Part shown: positions 17,541 through 25,607 of the stretch, piece after piece
How the letters are laid out: each line of letters starts with the position of its first letter
Position numbering within the stretch: the first letter of the stretch is position 1
NCBI GenBank assembly: GCA_964437285.1
Contig: CAYTGF010000002.1
Span: 3,543-67,542, forward strand
Direction of reading: 5' to 3'
Source: an uncultured Gammaproteobacteria bacterium
GTDB lineage: Bacteria > Patescibacteriota > Patescibacteriia > 2-12-FULL-60-25
DNA: 64,000 bases
Notes under the pieces: model-generated
Databases searched by the model: none
Told to the model about the DNA's origin: nothing
Seen by the model: only the letters and a program-made list of their open reading frames with translations
Program-made: the position numbers and the translations under genes

Positions 17541-17574
17541 GGTTCACCGCTCCGCTCATTGGATATGAGCTTTG

Positions 17575-17604
17575 TCAGTATGATCCTCTTTAGGGAATTG
17601 TCAA
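17575..17604 (-). promoter_or_regulatory. sigma70-type promoter
   Basis: Minus strand reads TTGACA, 18-nt spacer, TACTGA. Confidence 0.5.
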
Positions 17605-17616
17605 TGCAGCTGGATG

Positions 17617-17638
17617 GGTCCGGAGTTGACTCCGGACC
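17617..17638. repeat. GGTCCGGAG-N4-CTCCGGACC hairpin (family member 1)
   Basis: Near-identical 27-nt block GGTCCGGAGTnnACTCCGGACCATTTT also occurs at 33165..33191. Confidence 0.7.
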
Positions 17639-17649
17639 ATTTTGTTTAC

Positions 17650-17726
17650 GCACCCGTAGCTCAGCTGGATAGAGCACTTCCCTCCGAAGGAAGGGGTCAG
17701 ACGTTCAAATCGTCTCGGGTGCACCA
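17650..17726 (+). tRNA. tRNA-Arg (anticodon CCG), copy 2
   Basis: Differs from copy 1 at two positions (D-stem T/C, T-loop G/A). The similar terminator hairpin is also duplicated. Confidence 0.9.
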
Positions 17727-17731
17727 TGGAA

Positions 17732-17758
17732 ACACGACCTATGCCGGTCGTGTTTTTA
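17732..17758 (+). terminator. intrinsic terminator after tRNA-Arg copy 2
   Basis: ACACGACC-loop-GGTCGTGT hairpin plus T5. Confidence 0.65.
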
Positions 17759-17766
17759 TGGGGAAG

Positions 17767-18174
17767 CTAATATCGAAATGGCTGTTCTACAGCTGCGTTC
17801 TGGGCCCGCTGATCGACAAATTTATAGCCGCATGAAAATATGATGATAAGGGTATAAATGACAAAGATCAAAAAGAAAGGCCAAGATCGAGCACGATTTT
17901 CCTTTGCCACAAAACCAAGGAAGAAAGAGAGGATCGCAAAAGGAACTGCGAAAAATACACTAAAGTAGTAGGTGAAGCGATAAAAGAAAGTTCCTGCATC
18001 GTCTGATACTGAATGCTTAATCCCAAACAGGCTAAGTAAGATAAGCAACCAGATAACGCCATAAGGAATAAGACCCACGAGGCTAACCCAAGGTCTCTTG
18101 TAAAAGAATTTTTGTATCATAATTGAAAGCTTACCAATCCTGTCTCTCTCGAGCAATATCACCACCGCACCCAA
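17767..18174 (-). CDS. hypothetical multi-pass membrane protein
   Basis: 135-aa AT-rich ORF with four hydrophobic segments. An alternative ATG is at 18120. Confidence 0.5.
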   Translation of the reverse strand: MGAVVILLERDRIGKLSIMIQKFFYKRPWVSLVGLIPYGVIWLLILLSLFGIKHSVSDDAGTFFYRFTYYFSVFFAVPFAILSFFLGFVAKENRARSWPFFLIFVIYTLIIIFSCGYKFVDQRAQNAAVEQPFRY

Positions 18175-18200
18175 GCTGTTCCCATATAGCCGTTAGAACT

Positions 18201-18220
18201 TCGTCTCTTAGGGTGCACCA
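18201..18220 (+). repeat. tRNA-Arg 3'-end fragment
   Basis: TCGTCTC-tta-GGGTGCACCA matches the last 17 nt of tRNA-Arg (TCGTCTCGGGTGCACCA) apart from a 3-nt insertion. Confidence 0.65.
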
Positions 18221-18222
18221 TG

Positions 18223-18254
18223 AAAAGGTTCCGGAGACGTCTCCGGAACCTTTT
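18223..18254. repeat. 32-nt perfect palindrome (GGTTCCGGAG variant of the hairpin family)
   Basis: AAAAGGTTCCGGAGAC|GTCTCCGGAACCTTTT. Confidence 0.8.
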
Positions 18255-18276
18255 GTCTATTCTGTTTCAAGCACGA

Positions 18277-18305
18277 TTGACAAAGTGCGTATTTTCTGGT
18301 AGATT
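18277..18305 (+). promoter_or_regulatory. sigma70-type promoter; ATG lies 9 nt after the -10
   Basis: TTGACA (18277-18282), 17-nt spacer, TAGATT (18300-18305). Confidence 0.6.
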
Positions 18306-18314
18306 CGAATCACT

Positions 18315-19085
18315 ATGTCGATTCGTGAACGATTGCAGGATCTTGGTCTCACCCCTACTGAAGCCACGATTTACCTCGCTGGATATAAACGAGTTGGGAT
18401 TGATATTCAGACGCTCGTCAAAGAAACCGATCTCAAGCGTCCAACTATTTACCACGCGCTTGAAACCCTTGTTCAAAAAGGACTTGTCGCGAAAAGCGGA
18501 TCGGAGAAGAAGCGGTTGTTTGTAATGGCTTCACCGGAGCGATTGGGCGGCTATCTGGATACACAAATCCAACAGCTCACTTCAAAAAAGGCGCTTCTCG
18601 GCGAACTCGGTTCCCTGCTCACGACAAGCGACGGCCGATCCAGCGCCATCCGCTCAGAACAATATGACGGCTTGCAAGGTGTGAAAACCGTGATGGAAGA
18701 AGCGCTGTACTGCAAGTCCCGTACTTGGAGCATCATCGCCCCGGCGCGCAACATCCTCAGTGATATGGACCCCGAGTATCAGCGCTACTACCTTCGCCAA
18801 CGCTCGACGCGCGGCATTAAGACTCGCACGTTATGGGAACGAAAATCCACCCCTGGAAAGCGCGGCCTCTCCCCCGCCGATCTCGCGCTCCGCAACCCTC
18901 GCTACCTTCCAAAAGCCCTTCAAGGACGTTTTCCCTCAATGATTATCCTGTTCGATGAGAAGATCGCCTTCTTCGGCACGAAAGAGACGCCGAGCGCAGT
19001 TTTGATCACCTCTGCCGAGTTGCACGCACTCGTCCTCGCGATGTTTGATGGAATTTGGGAGGTGTCGGAACCGTATAAGCAATAA
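18315..19085 (+). CDS. TrmB-family transcriptional regulator
   Basis: N-terminal wHTH LGLTPTEATIYLAGYK..IQTLVKETDLKRPTIYHALETLVQKGLV, typical of TrmB. Confidence 0.8.
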   Translation: MSIRERLQDLGLTPTEATIYLAGYKRVGIDIQTLVKETDLKRPTIYHALETLVQKGLVAKSGSEKKRLFVMASPERLGGYLDTQIQQLTSKKALLGELGSLLTTSDGRSSAIRSEQYDGLQGVKTVMEEALYCKSRTWSIIAPARNILSDMDPEYQRYYLRQRSTRGIKTRTLWERKSTPGKRGLSPADLALRNPRYLPKALQGRFPSMIILFDEKIAFFGTKETPSAVLITSAELHALVLAMFDGIWEVSEPYKQ

Positions 19086-19087
19086 AA

Positions 19088-19111
19088 CACCCCGACTTCG
19101 TGTCGGGGTTT
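19088..19111. terminator. bidirectional terminator
   Basis: CCCCGAC-TTCGT-GTCGGGG hairpin between convergent genes. Confidence 0.65.
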
Positions 19112-19114
19112 CAG

Positions 19115-20416
19115 TTACGCCGTCAGTCCATCTGTGCGACCGGCGAGGTCGACGTTCGCCTCGATGAAGGCGATGACCTTAGCGGGGTCCATCGTCTTCG
19201 GAAAGACGATGTTCGGGCCGTGCTTGTCGAGCATGACGGCGTGGATGCCATCGAAGTTCGCGAGCCCATCGTTCGTGTTGCGTCCGCATTCGTGCGAGCC
19301 GCATTCGTACGGCCGCTGCTCGCGTACCGGCACCATCGATCCAGGACGGAGCGGGCTGTGCATGTGCACGATGCAGTCGAGCTCAGGATGCGCCTCGAAG
19401 ATGATGCGCTGGCTCTGGCCACCCACGGACGGCTTGAAGCCGCGCGCGATCACCTCGTCCTCCCCACGCGGCTCGATGAGCACGAGTCCCGTCTCGTCCA
19501 GACGGTTGAAGTCCGTCTTGCGACGCGAAGTGAGGATGTTGCCGTTCGGCCCGCGCGAAGCGAAGTGGCCGACCGTCACACCGTTGAACGGCTTGTAGGC
19601 GCCGCGCGCGATGCAGTGGTTCACGACTTCGCGCAGCGACGGTGCCACCAACTCCGATCCCCACGACACCGCCTCGCCCGGCACGATCGTGGCCCGCGTG
19701 AACGTGAGCTGGGAACGCAGCGCGATCATCTCCGCGAGGCCAGCGAGCGCCTCGGCACGATTCGTCGTCTCGTGGTAGCGTGCCTGCTCAGGCGTGATCA
19801 CCATGTTCAGGCGCGTCTTGAGGTCATTCGCAAGTACCAGATTGCAACTCGCACCCTTCACGAGCGCCAGACCACGCAGATACTGCACGTCCGCCTCGAC
19901 TCCCGATGTCGTCTTGAAACCGACGAGGAACAGATCCTTGCGCTCACGACGAATGCTCGCAAGTACCTTCGGCGTCGACTTCGCCTCGATGACGAGCGAC
20001 TTCGACGATTCGAGCCGCGAACGCTCGCGACCCACCTGGCTCGAGGGATGACCGTCGACAATCAGCCGCGAAGGCTGAAAATCGGTGAGCGCCGCGGCGA
20101 GGACGATACCCTTCGTCGTCGGATCGGCGACGAGATGGTCGACGAGACGCTGAACGTCTTCGTTCGTGCGCAGATCCTTGATGCCGACACGAGCGAAGAA
20201 CGCCCGTTCCTCCGTCGAACGCTCCGCCCCACCGAGTGCCATCCGCGTCAGCACGAGCTGAACGCGGGCGTCCGGCTGCCCAAGGCGCACAAGCGCCTCC
20301 GCGAGCAGCGGAGCGAGCTCGCGCCCCACCGTCCCAAACGCCGGCGCCGAGAAGCTGAAGTGCGGCGCAACCTCCACAAACGTTCCACCCGCGATGACGT
20401 AGAAGATCCTGTCCAT
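19115..20416 (-). CDS. fusion protein: CoaB-like (phosphopantothenate-cysteine-ligase fold) N-domain plus class II aldolase/adducin-like C-domain
   Basis: 433 aa. N-domain: VIAGGTFVEVAP, AAALTDFQP, LVGFKTT, LVLANDL (CoaB-like blocks). C-domain: GHFASR..ILTSRRKTDF..KPSVGG..IIFEAHPELDCIVHMHSP (aldolase II-like with HxH). GGAGG upstream. Confidence 0.65.
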   Translation of the reverse strand: MDRIFYVIAGGTFVEVAPHFSFSAPAFGTVGRELAPLLAEALVRLGQPDARVQLVLTRMALGGAERSTEERAFFARVGIKDLRTNEDVQRLVDHLVADPTTKGIVLAAALTDFQPSRLIVDGHPSSQVGRERSRLESSKSLVIEAKSTPKVLASIRRERKDLFLVGFKTTSGVEADVQYLRGLALVKGASCNLVLANDLKTRLNMVITPEQARYHETTNRAEALAGLAEMIALRSQLTFTRATIVPGEAVSWGSELVAPSLREVVNHCIARGAYKPFNGVTVGHFASRGPNGNILTSRRKTDFNRLDETGLVLIEPRGEDEVIARGFKPSVGGQSQRIIFEAHPELDCIVHMHSPLRPGSMVPVREQRPYECGSHECGRNTNDGLANFDGIHAVMLDKHGPNIVFPKTMDPAKVIAFIEANVDLAGRTDGLTA

Positions 20417-20523
20417 GACAGCCTCCGTTGGAATGAGCCTGTAAGGCGGTTAATCACCTTACAACTCCTACGGTAACCAAAACCCCGCAGAAGCAGAACG
20501 CATGTTCATCACGAATGATGAAC

Positions 20524-20547
20524 AAAAGAAAAAGGAGCAGTTGCTCC
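20524..20547 (-). terminator. intrinsic terminator
   Basis: Minus strand reads GGAGC-AACT-GCTCC plus TTTTTCTTTT. Confidence 0.6.
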
Positions 20548-20552
20548 AGATA

Positions 20553-21011
20553 TCAGATGTCCCCGTCTCGGCCCTTACCCGAGTTCTTCCCCTCAAGATA
20601 GCAACTAGCATAGTGCTCGGAGAAGAAGACGTGGATACGATAGACGAATCTATGCGGTGCTTTGCCCTTATCCAGCCAATCGATGAACGTTAGAGCGTGT
20701 TCGTTGGGGGTCAGGTGAAAACGCGTGACGTTTTCTCCATCCCCAACAGCGATCCATACACCAGGCGATGCTTTCGTCGTACTTCGCCAGATCTTCAGGT
20801 CCAAGCATCTGCCCCACGCCGCGTCTTCTCGAATGCCGATCACTCCACGTTCAGCATCCTTTCTTTTTCGCCTGAACAAAGCGTTTGGCGCCACGTCCGT
20901 CGGCTTCTTGAGCGCGATCCGCTCAACTACTACCCAAAGCGGCTTCCGCGCCCCAGGCGTACACACCGCAGACCGAACCGTTCCAATCTCCTCCGTTTCT
21001 GCCATCTCCAT
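20553..21011 (-). CDS. hypothetical protein
   Basis: 152 aa with own promoter and terminator on the minus strand. Confidence 0.5.
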   Translation of the reverse strand: MEMAETEEIGTVRSAVCTPGARKPLWVVVERIALKKPTDVAPNALFRRKRKDAERGVIGIREDAAWGRCLDLKIWRSTTKASPGVWIAVGDGENVTRFHLTPNEHALTFIDWLDKGKAPHRFVYRIHVFFSEHYASCYLEGKNSGKGRDGDI

Positions 21012-21043
21012 ACCAGCACCCCTTTGTTGAGTAGCGCTAAGGA

Positions 21044-21072
21044 ATCCTAACCAAACACTCGCAAACCGTCAA
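21044..21072 (-). promoter_or_regulatory. sigma70-type promoter
   Basis: Minus strand reads TTGACG, 17-nt spacer, TAGGAT. The -10 lies inside TAGGATTCCTTAG, which matches the element-end motif. Confidence 0.5.
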
Positions 21073-21085
21073 TGGAGTGGATAGT

Positions 21086-21113
21086 AAAACACCCCTCAAA
21101 CAGGGGTGTTTTT
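21086..21113. terminator. intrinsic terminator downstream of ileS
   Basis: ACACCCC-TCAAACA-GGGGTGT hairpin with A/T runs on both sides. Confidence 0.7.
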
Positions 21114-21114
21114 C

Positions 21115-24090
21115 TTACCTCACCACCTTCAATGCCACCTTCCCCTTCGCCTCTCCAACTTCAACGTCACTCGTATGCTCGTATTCGCTCACCCAATTCT
21201 CAACGAGATTCACGCTCTCCGCGCGGAGATCCTTCGCGAGCGATCCGTTTCCTTCGAGAATCGCCTCACGCGTTTCACCGGCCGGGAAGAAGAAAAGCAC
21301 ATGCGCTCGATCCTTCGGCTCAAGTCTCGCCTGCTTACGAAGCGCCATGACGTGTCGCGAGAATTCGCGGCGGTAGCCTTTCTTGCGCAGATCTGGTGTG
21401 AGGACCGTGTCGAGTTCGAGTTCCCAGGCGTTGAGCAATCCGCTCTTGCCTTCGAGCATAATCGTATCGACGTTCAATTCTTCACGCAGCACTTCGAGAA
21501 GCGATTTTTTGGTCTGCCAGTATTCAAGCTTTTCTGGTTCGGCAAAAGAAATCTTGAGTGAAGCGAGCGCCTGACGAATCGGCATCGCGTGCTTCACGCG
21601 GAGTTCGAGCGCCGTGGAAGCGATATCGCGAATCCACTGCATATCCGTCTCTAACGTTTCGTCTTGGACACGAGCGGCGGGCTTTGGCCATGCTTCGAGG
21701 TGAACCGAGGTCTTCATGCCACCAATTTCCTGATACACCTTCTCCGCCAAGAACGGGATGAACGGCGCGCAGAGTTTTGTGAACTCTTCAAGAACTTCGC
21801 GAAGCGTCTTGAGCGCATCGTTTCGCTCGAAAGCGTTGTCCGACTTCAAGCGATCACGAGATCGACGGAGCCACCAGGTGGAAAGCTCGTCGATAAAGTC
21901 TCGGAGCGGTCGCGTGGCTTTGAGGACCTCGTATCCGTCCATGGATTCTGTGATTTGCGCGGTGAGATGAGACAAGCGGGACAATATCCATCGGTCCATC
22001 ACATGACCGCTCCGTGGTTTTTCGAGTTTTACTCCTTCTCCGGCGTAGGTTTTGTAGAACGCGACGATATTCCAATACAAATTCAGGAACGTACGCGTCA
22101 CCGTCTGCACGTCTTTTTCGGAAAAATTCAAGGCTTCTGCTTCAACGATCGGCGACGTGAGGAGGTAATACCGCAAGGCATCCGCGCCATGGTTCGCGAA
22201 TAAATCCCAGGGGTCTGTATAGTTCTTCAAGCTCTTCGACATTTTTCGACCATCTTCCGCGAGCATCATTCCTGTGACGATCACGTTTTTGAACGCCGGC
22301 TTATTAAACAGCGCCGTCGAAAGCACATGGAGCGCGTAGAACCAACCACGGGTTTGATCTTGCCCTTCCGCAATGAAGTCCGCAGGTGAATGCGCATCAA
22401 AGAAGCGCTTCTGCTCAAACGGATAGTGGAGTTGTGCGACCGGCATCGATCCCGACTCAAACCAGCAGTCAAACACTTCGGTTGTACGCTTCATGGTTCC
22501 ACCGCAGGCGCAAGGAATCGTGACATTGTCAATGTGGGGTCGATGGAGATTTTGCGTATCGGTACACGTTCCGGGCGTCGCGAGCTTTTTGAGTTCTTTG
22601 AGCGAGCTCACGATCTTGGTTTCGGCGCAAGAATCACAGTGCCAGACAGGAATTGGGGATCCCCAAAACCGTGAACGGGAGATATTCCAATCTGGGGCTG
22701 TTTCAAGCCCCTTTCCAAAACGACCTTCACGAAAATGTTCGGGATGCCAATGAATTTTCTGTGCAGTCTTGAGCATTTTCTCTTTTATCGACGTCACATT
22801 CACAAACCAAGCTGGTTGTGCCTTGTACATGAGCAGCGTCGAACAACGCCAACAAATCGCGACACTGTGCGTGATGGTTTCTGCACGATAAAGCAACCCT
22901 CGCTCACGAAGATGATTCACGATGAGCGGATCTGCTTCTTTGATAGGTACACCCGCAAACTCGCTGCAGATAGGCATCATGCGACCTTCCTCGTCGACCA
23001 TTTCTATGATCGGGAGATTATGCTCGCGAGCCATCTGCAAGTCTTCTTCGCCATACGCAGGAGCGGTGTGTACAATCCCCGTTCCATCATCTGCCGTCAC
23101 ATGCGTACCAGAAACCACGCGATACGCCTGATCATCCGCTTCCACGAACGAGAATAACGGCTCGTAGCGTTTGCCCACGAGATCAAAGCCCTTCATACGC
23201 TCGATGACGAGCACCTTCGCGACCCCCGCTTCAAGCCCTCCCCACTCTTTCAGCACCTCTTCCGCACGCGACGTGGCAAAAATCAGCGTGTCACCCGTTT
23301 CTTGAATACGCACCTTCATGTATTCTAATTCTGGATGGACGGAAAGCCCCGTATTCGCGGGTAAGGTCCAAGGCGTGGTCGTCCAAGCGAGGAAATAGGT
23401 TTTCTCTTCGTCTTTTACTGGGAACTTCACGTACACCGCCGGGTCTTCACGATCGACATACGAATTCCCCATCGCGATCTCAAAGTTGGAGAGCGGCGTT
23501 GAACAACGCGGACAAAACAACGACACGCGCGTACCGCGATAGACCAGCTCTTTTTTATAGAGCTCTGAAAATACCCACCACACCGATTCGATGTAGTCGG
23601 TCTTCATGGTCATGTACGGATCTTTAAAATCCACCCATCGACCAATGCGATCAATATACTTTCCCCAGTCAGACTCATGTCGCAACACAGACGCTTCACA
23701 TGCGTCGTTGAACTTCTCGATGCCATGCGCCTCAATGTCACGTTTTGACTTGAGCTTCAATTCTTTTTCGATCAGATTCTCGACCGGCAACCCATGACAA
23801 TCCCATCCCCAACGACGCGGCACGCGATATCCTTTCATCGTCCAATACCGTGGCACCGCATCTTTCAAGACTGATTGAAGCAAGTGCCCCGCATGCGGTA
23901 ATCCGGTCGCAAATGGCGGACCATCATAAAATACAAATGTCTTACGAGGGGAACGCTCTGAAATTGTGCGTTCAAACACGTTCTGTTCTTTCCAGTACGC
24001 CAATACCTCTTCTTCCATCTTTGGGAACGGAGAACGGCGTTTTTCCTCATTTTGGGACGCTGAAGCGCCCGACGAAGCGTGGTCGGCCAT
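21115..24090 (-). CDS. ileS: isoleucine--tRNA ligase
   Basis: HIGH-type motif PFATGLPHAGH, KMSKS motif, editing domain. Start taken at ATG 24090; the ORF extends to 24192, so the start is uncertain. Confidence 0.93.
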   Translation of the reverse strand: MADHASSGASASQNEEKRRSPFPKMEEEVLAYWKEQNVFERTISERSPRKTFVFYDGPPFATGLPHAGHLLQSVLKDAVPRYWTMKGYRVPRRWGWDCHGLPVENLIEKELKLKSKRDIEAHGIEKFNDACEASVLRHESDWGKYIDRIGRWVDFKDPYMTMKTDYIESVWWVFSELYKKELVYRGTRVSLFCPRCSTPLSNFEIAMGNSYVDREDPAVYVKFPVKDEEKTYFLAWTTTPWTLPANTGLSVHPELEYMKVRIQETGDTLIFATSRAEEVLKEWGGLEAGVAKVLVIERMKGFDLVGKRYEPLFSFVEADDQAYRVVSGTHVTADDGTGIVHTAPAYGEEDLQMAREHNLPIIEMVDEEGRMMPICSEFAGVPIKEADPLIVNHLRERGLLYRAETITHSVAICWRCSTLLMYKAQPAWFVNVTSIKEKMLKTAQKIHWHPEHFREGRFGKGLETAPDWNISRSRFWGSPIPVWHCDSCAETKIVSSLKELKKLATPGTCTDTQNLHRPHIDNVTIPCACGGTMKRTTEVFDCWFESGSMPVAQLHYPFEQKRFFDAHSPADFIAEGQDQTRGWFYALHVLSTALFNKPAFKNVIVTGMMLAEDGRKMSKSLKNYTDPWDLFANHGADALRYYLLTSPIVEAEALNFSEKDVQTVTRTFLNLYWNIVAFYKTYAGEGVKLEKPRSGHVMDRWILSRLSHLTAQITESMDGYEVLKATRPLRDFIDELSTWWLRRSRDRLKSDNAFERNDALKTLREVLEEFTKLCAPFIPFLAEKVYQEIGGMKTSVHLEAWPKPAARVQDETLETDMQWIRDIASTALELRVKHAMPIRQALASLKISFAEPEKLEYWQTKKSLLEVLREELNVDTIMLEGKSGLLNAWELELDTVLTPDLRKKGYRREFSRHVMALRKQARLEPKDRAHVLFFFPAGETREAILEGNGSLAKDLRAESVNLVENWVSEYEHTSDVEVGEAKGKVALKVVR

Positions 24091-24134
24091 ATGGTTACCA
24101 TCTTGGCCTGAACGAGCTGGGCGGTCAAGAACTC

Positions 24135-24164
24135 TTGACAACTGAGCCAATTTTTGGCAGTATT
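24135..24164 (+). promoter_or_regulatory. sigma70-type promoter
   Basis: TTGACA (24135-24140), 18-nt spacer, AGTATT. Confidence 0.45.
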
Positions 24165-24211
24165 CCATCTTGCCCTTTCCGTTCCTTTCCAACCACGCTC
24201 ACGGAGGCGTC

Positions 24212-25549
24212 ATGTATCAGGGAACCCCGCTCACACTCAGGCCCGAAGCCCTCGAAGCCGCCGAGACCGGCAAGCGCGTCATCACCAAGTTCGAAAGGTT
24301 CGGGGAACGATACGTCTGGGTATTCTATCCGAATGGGTTGCAGGTGATGTTCGAGCTTCGCAAGCTGCCGTTCGTCCACATCAACATCGGGATTCGTACT
24401 GGGGCCTTCGATGACGAAATCCCTGGCACGGCCCACGCCCTCGAGCACATGCTGGTGAAAGACCCGCTGATTGAGGGTGATCACCCGGTCCTTCAGCCGC
24501 TTGCACCCTACGGGCTGGAAGTGAATGCATCGACCGATTACGAAACCGTCGAGCTTTACGGAAAAACTGCTTATCGCAAATGGCGAGAACTACTGAAAAG
24601 CTTGCTTACAATGATGTTTCAGGCAAACACGATCGATGAGAAACGCTGGCAAAAGGAACGACCGGCGATCGAGCAGGAGATCCACTCTTTGAAAGAAGAG
24701 AAGCTCCTCGACGGAGCACTCCGCGAGCTTCTTCATCCCCACGTTCCTCAGCTCCATCCTCGGTCCTTCGGTACGCTCGCATCCGTCCTCAGCCTTAGTG
24801 CTGAACGGCTTCGTGAGCGATACGAACGTGACTTTCATCCTGACAATGCGGTCATCGTGTTTCACGGGATAACGGATTATGAACGAGCGCTCACACGCCT
24901 TGAAGAAGACGTTTCTCTCGTCACACGGTCATCGACAGAGCGTAGACCGCCGCGCGCCGTGCTACCTTATCTCGCGCAGCACGTGAATGCCGAACTGAAG
25001 TTCAAAGGCAGCTCCTCCGTCGAACGAGTGATCGGCTACGCTCAGCTCCGCAATGACGGGACCAGCATTCCCTTGGAAACAGTGCACGTCCTTCGGGTGT
25101 GTCTAAACGATGGCGGCATTCTGCGGGATGAATTGCGCCGCAAGCGCGGCTGGACGTACAGCCAAGGCTGCAGCGTCCAGACCCAGCGAGACGACCTCAT
25201 TGTCCTCAATATCAGCGCACAAATGCGTGCAGAGTTTCATTCAGCTGCCAAGACGGCCGTGCGGAACCTCTGGCGCGAAACGTGTGAACAATTGGGCAAC
25301 CAAGATCCTGCATGTACGTACGCCCTGAAACGCGCTCGAGGAGCTCATGCTCTGCGGTACATGCAACGAAACCTCGATCGAGGCGAGCTGAGCGTCAACT
25401 TCCTTGTAAGCACCTGGCTCGAGCAACGTCTCCCCAAACACCGTCCCTTCATCGAAATCCCACCCGACGAGTTCCCCGCCATCGCCCGCCACGCTCCCAA
25501 GCTCGCGGATCTCGACTGGCACATGATCTCTGTCGTGCAGGACACCTGA
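24212..25549 (+). CDS. M16-family (pitrilysin-like) zinc peptidase
   Basis: HxxEH motif GTAHALEHML. GGAGG upstream of ATG 24212. Confidence 0.8.
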   Translation: MYQGTPLTLRPEALEAAETGKRVITKFERFGERYVWVFYPNGLQVMFELRKLPFVHINIGIRTGAFDDEIPGTAHALEHMLVKDPLIEGDHPVLQPLAPYGLEVNASTDYETVELYGKTAYRKWRELLKSLLTMMFQANTIDEKRWQKERPAIEQEIHSLKEEKLLDGALRELLHPHVPQLHPRSFGTLASVLSLSAERLRERYERDFHPDNAVIVFHGITDYERALTRLEEDVSLVTRSSTERRPPRAVLPYLAQHVNAELKFKGSSSVERVIGYAQLRNDGTSIPLETVHVLRVCLNDGGILRDELRRKRGWTYSQGCSVQTQRDDLIVLNISAQMRAEFHSAAKTAVRNLWRETCEQLGNQDPACTYALKRARGAHALRYMQRNLDRGELSVNFLVSTWLEQRLPKHRPFIEIPPDEFPAIARHAPKLADLDWHMISVVQDT

Positions 25550-25590
25550 CGCTTTTTCTCATTCGAGAGGAAGCGTCTTTTTTGTTTTCG

Positions 25591-25599
25591 TGGTATCCT
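25591..25599 (+). promoter_or_regulatory. extended -10 (TGgTATCCT) 8 nt upstream of the rpiB ATG
   Basis: TGGTATCCT-TAGGCTAT-ATG, no SD. Confidence 0.35.
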
Positions 25600-25607
25600 T
25601 AGGCTAT

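Noticed and set aside
19100-20476. 458-aa plus-strand ORF
   Set aside because: The product is extremely Arg-rich and low-complexity. The minus-strand product shows recognisable CoaB-like and aldolase-like blocks plus a GGAGG SD.
20502-20693. 63-aa plus-strand ORF
   Set aside because: It overlaps the 3' part and terminator of the minus-strand 152-aa gene, with no promoter or SD. It was kept as non-coding, although the C-terminal 40 aa of the minus-strand ORF are themselves weakly supported.
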